Shown here: piece after piece, positions 62,901-64,000 of the stretch
How positions within the stretch are numbered: the stretch's first letter is position 1
Layout: every line of letters begins with the position of its first letter
Source of the DNA: Macrostomum lignano
Taxonomy: Eukaryota
Length of the DNA stretch: 64,000 nucleotides
Assembly: GCA_002269645.1 (NCBI GenBank)
Contig: NIVC01003173.1
Span: forward strand, 1-64,000
Reading direction: 5' to 3'
Translations under genes and position numbers: made by a program
Notes under the pieces: generated by a model
Told to the model about the DNA's origin: nothing
Database searches by the model: none
What the model saw: the letters and a program-made list of their open reading frames with translations, nothing else

Positions 62901-64000
62901 GGATCCAAGGACCGCCAGCACAATACAGATCTTGGCGGTATGATGGTGGTCCACTTAAAATTTGCATTTGCCTCCGAGTCTGAATAGTCTTGTGGGTCGA
63001 CAAAAATTGAGTTCCATTCCAGATTCGATGGGGTACTATGTCTATTGGCATGGTCAGAAACCGTAATTGTAGCATTCTGTTGCTCCATTTCACTCTCTGC
63101 ATAGATGTAGATACGGCCTCGATGGATCGGGTACTTCCAGACTCGAAGCATAGTTGCTAGCTGGGCGGTGTTGTTTAACACCCGAGCAATGCTGCCGTTC
63201 AGCGAACTGCACATTTTGACAGCATCAGACGCACTCAAGTGTGTTACATTCGAAGCGGCGCTGACTATCATGTAGCAGTGATCGTCTAGCTCGTACCAGC
63301 CATCTCGGCACTCATGAGTTCGGCTTTGCATCATGCCAACCTGCTGCTGAAAATGCAGCCGATTTTTATCCACCTGAGCCGTGACGTTTGCTGGTTTCTC
63401 ACAGATGTGCGACTGGCCATGAATTTCCATGTTGCACGGCACCTGCACCCAGTTGCTGTGATGTCGAGGATTTTGAAGCATCATGCCAACGCAAAGGAAA
63501 GCGTTATAATAGTTCGGCTGGGGAAATTTCTCATGGACTACTGTGACAAGATTTCTTGGCACCTGAGAATACAAGCTGTCGTTGTGCGACGGATACCACT
63601 CCTGATAGGTGAAGGGCTCACCGCTGCTCCAAATAAAGTCCTGAAATTTTTAATCAAAGAAAACTTTATTGACAGAAAAGCAAGGTGCGCCAAGGTACGC
63701 TTAACCAAATTTCAAAATTTGTCTGTCTGACTTACATGTACATTTCTGGAGACGTTCCTATTGGTTAACAACGTCCAGCAAGATGAACCGCCGGTCTGAC
63801 TAATGGCACATTTCTGAGCAGAGAACGCGTGACTTTTTACCTGAAGGCCAATGTAGACGAACATTTCTTCGGATGAGTACACCGTCTCACGCCAGGAGTT
63901 GTTCTGCAGTATCAGTTCCATTAAGTCCCGCATCTCGGCATGCGAGTTGATGCTCACAAGGTTACCGCCGAAAGATCGGCAGTTACTTTCAGCTCTGTCC
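59959..64000 (-). CDS. GRL101-like LGR receptor: C-type lectin domains + multiple LDLa modules + LRRs + 7TM; 5' end beyond the window
   Basis: Exons >64000-63736, 63562-62806, 62655-62445 and 62311-59959 splice in frame. CTL motifs (FVYIGL; WVQVPC...ICEK; CRDGWYELDDHCY), about 6-7 LDLa modules (C..C...CDG..DCP...DE..C), LRRNT CPEGCYC, LRRs, hinge FKFCC...SCKDLL, ERY and NPTLNPYLYT. Confidence 0.92.

Overview
Eukaryotic, animal, repeat-rich genomic DNA. The gene set, (GATA)n tracts and retroelement fragments fit a free-living flatworm such as Macrostomum; this is an inference, with no search run. Host genes: a GABA-B-like/class C GPCR ectodomain (minus, spliced, 2.1-3.4 kb); an intronless, divergent non-alpha nicotinic receptor subunit; a 7-exon C5orf34 ortholog whose introns are filled with different minisatellites; an intronless peptide-type class A GPCR; a 2-exon TEX52-like gene; a coding-intronless DEG/ENaC channel; and a GRL101-like receptor (C-type lectin-LDLa-LRR-7TM) that runs off the right edge. 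Mobile DNA: a Crypton-like tyrosine recombinase remnant beside a 150-bp structured hairpin; two mariner elements; three hAT-type non-autonomous elements, two of them nested; a solo LTR; LINE fragments; three copies of a tRNA-derived SINE with a covarying hairpin; and one intact, very young Ty3/Gypsy element (11744-21281). The most interesting item is that Gypsy element. Downstream of pol it carries a third, non-env gene (368 aa) behind its own CCAAT/GC/TATA promoter, and its LTRs contain a duplicated LTR-end plus PBS-like segment. Many long ORFs in the supplied track are artefacts of tandem repeats.
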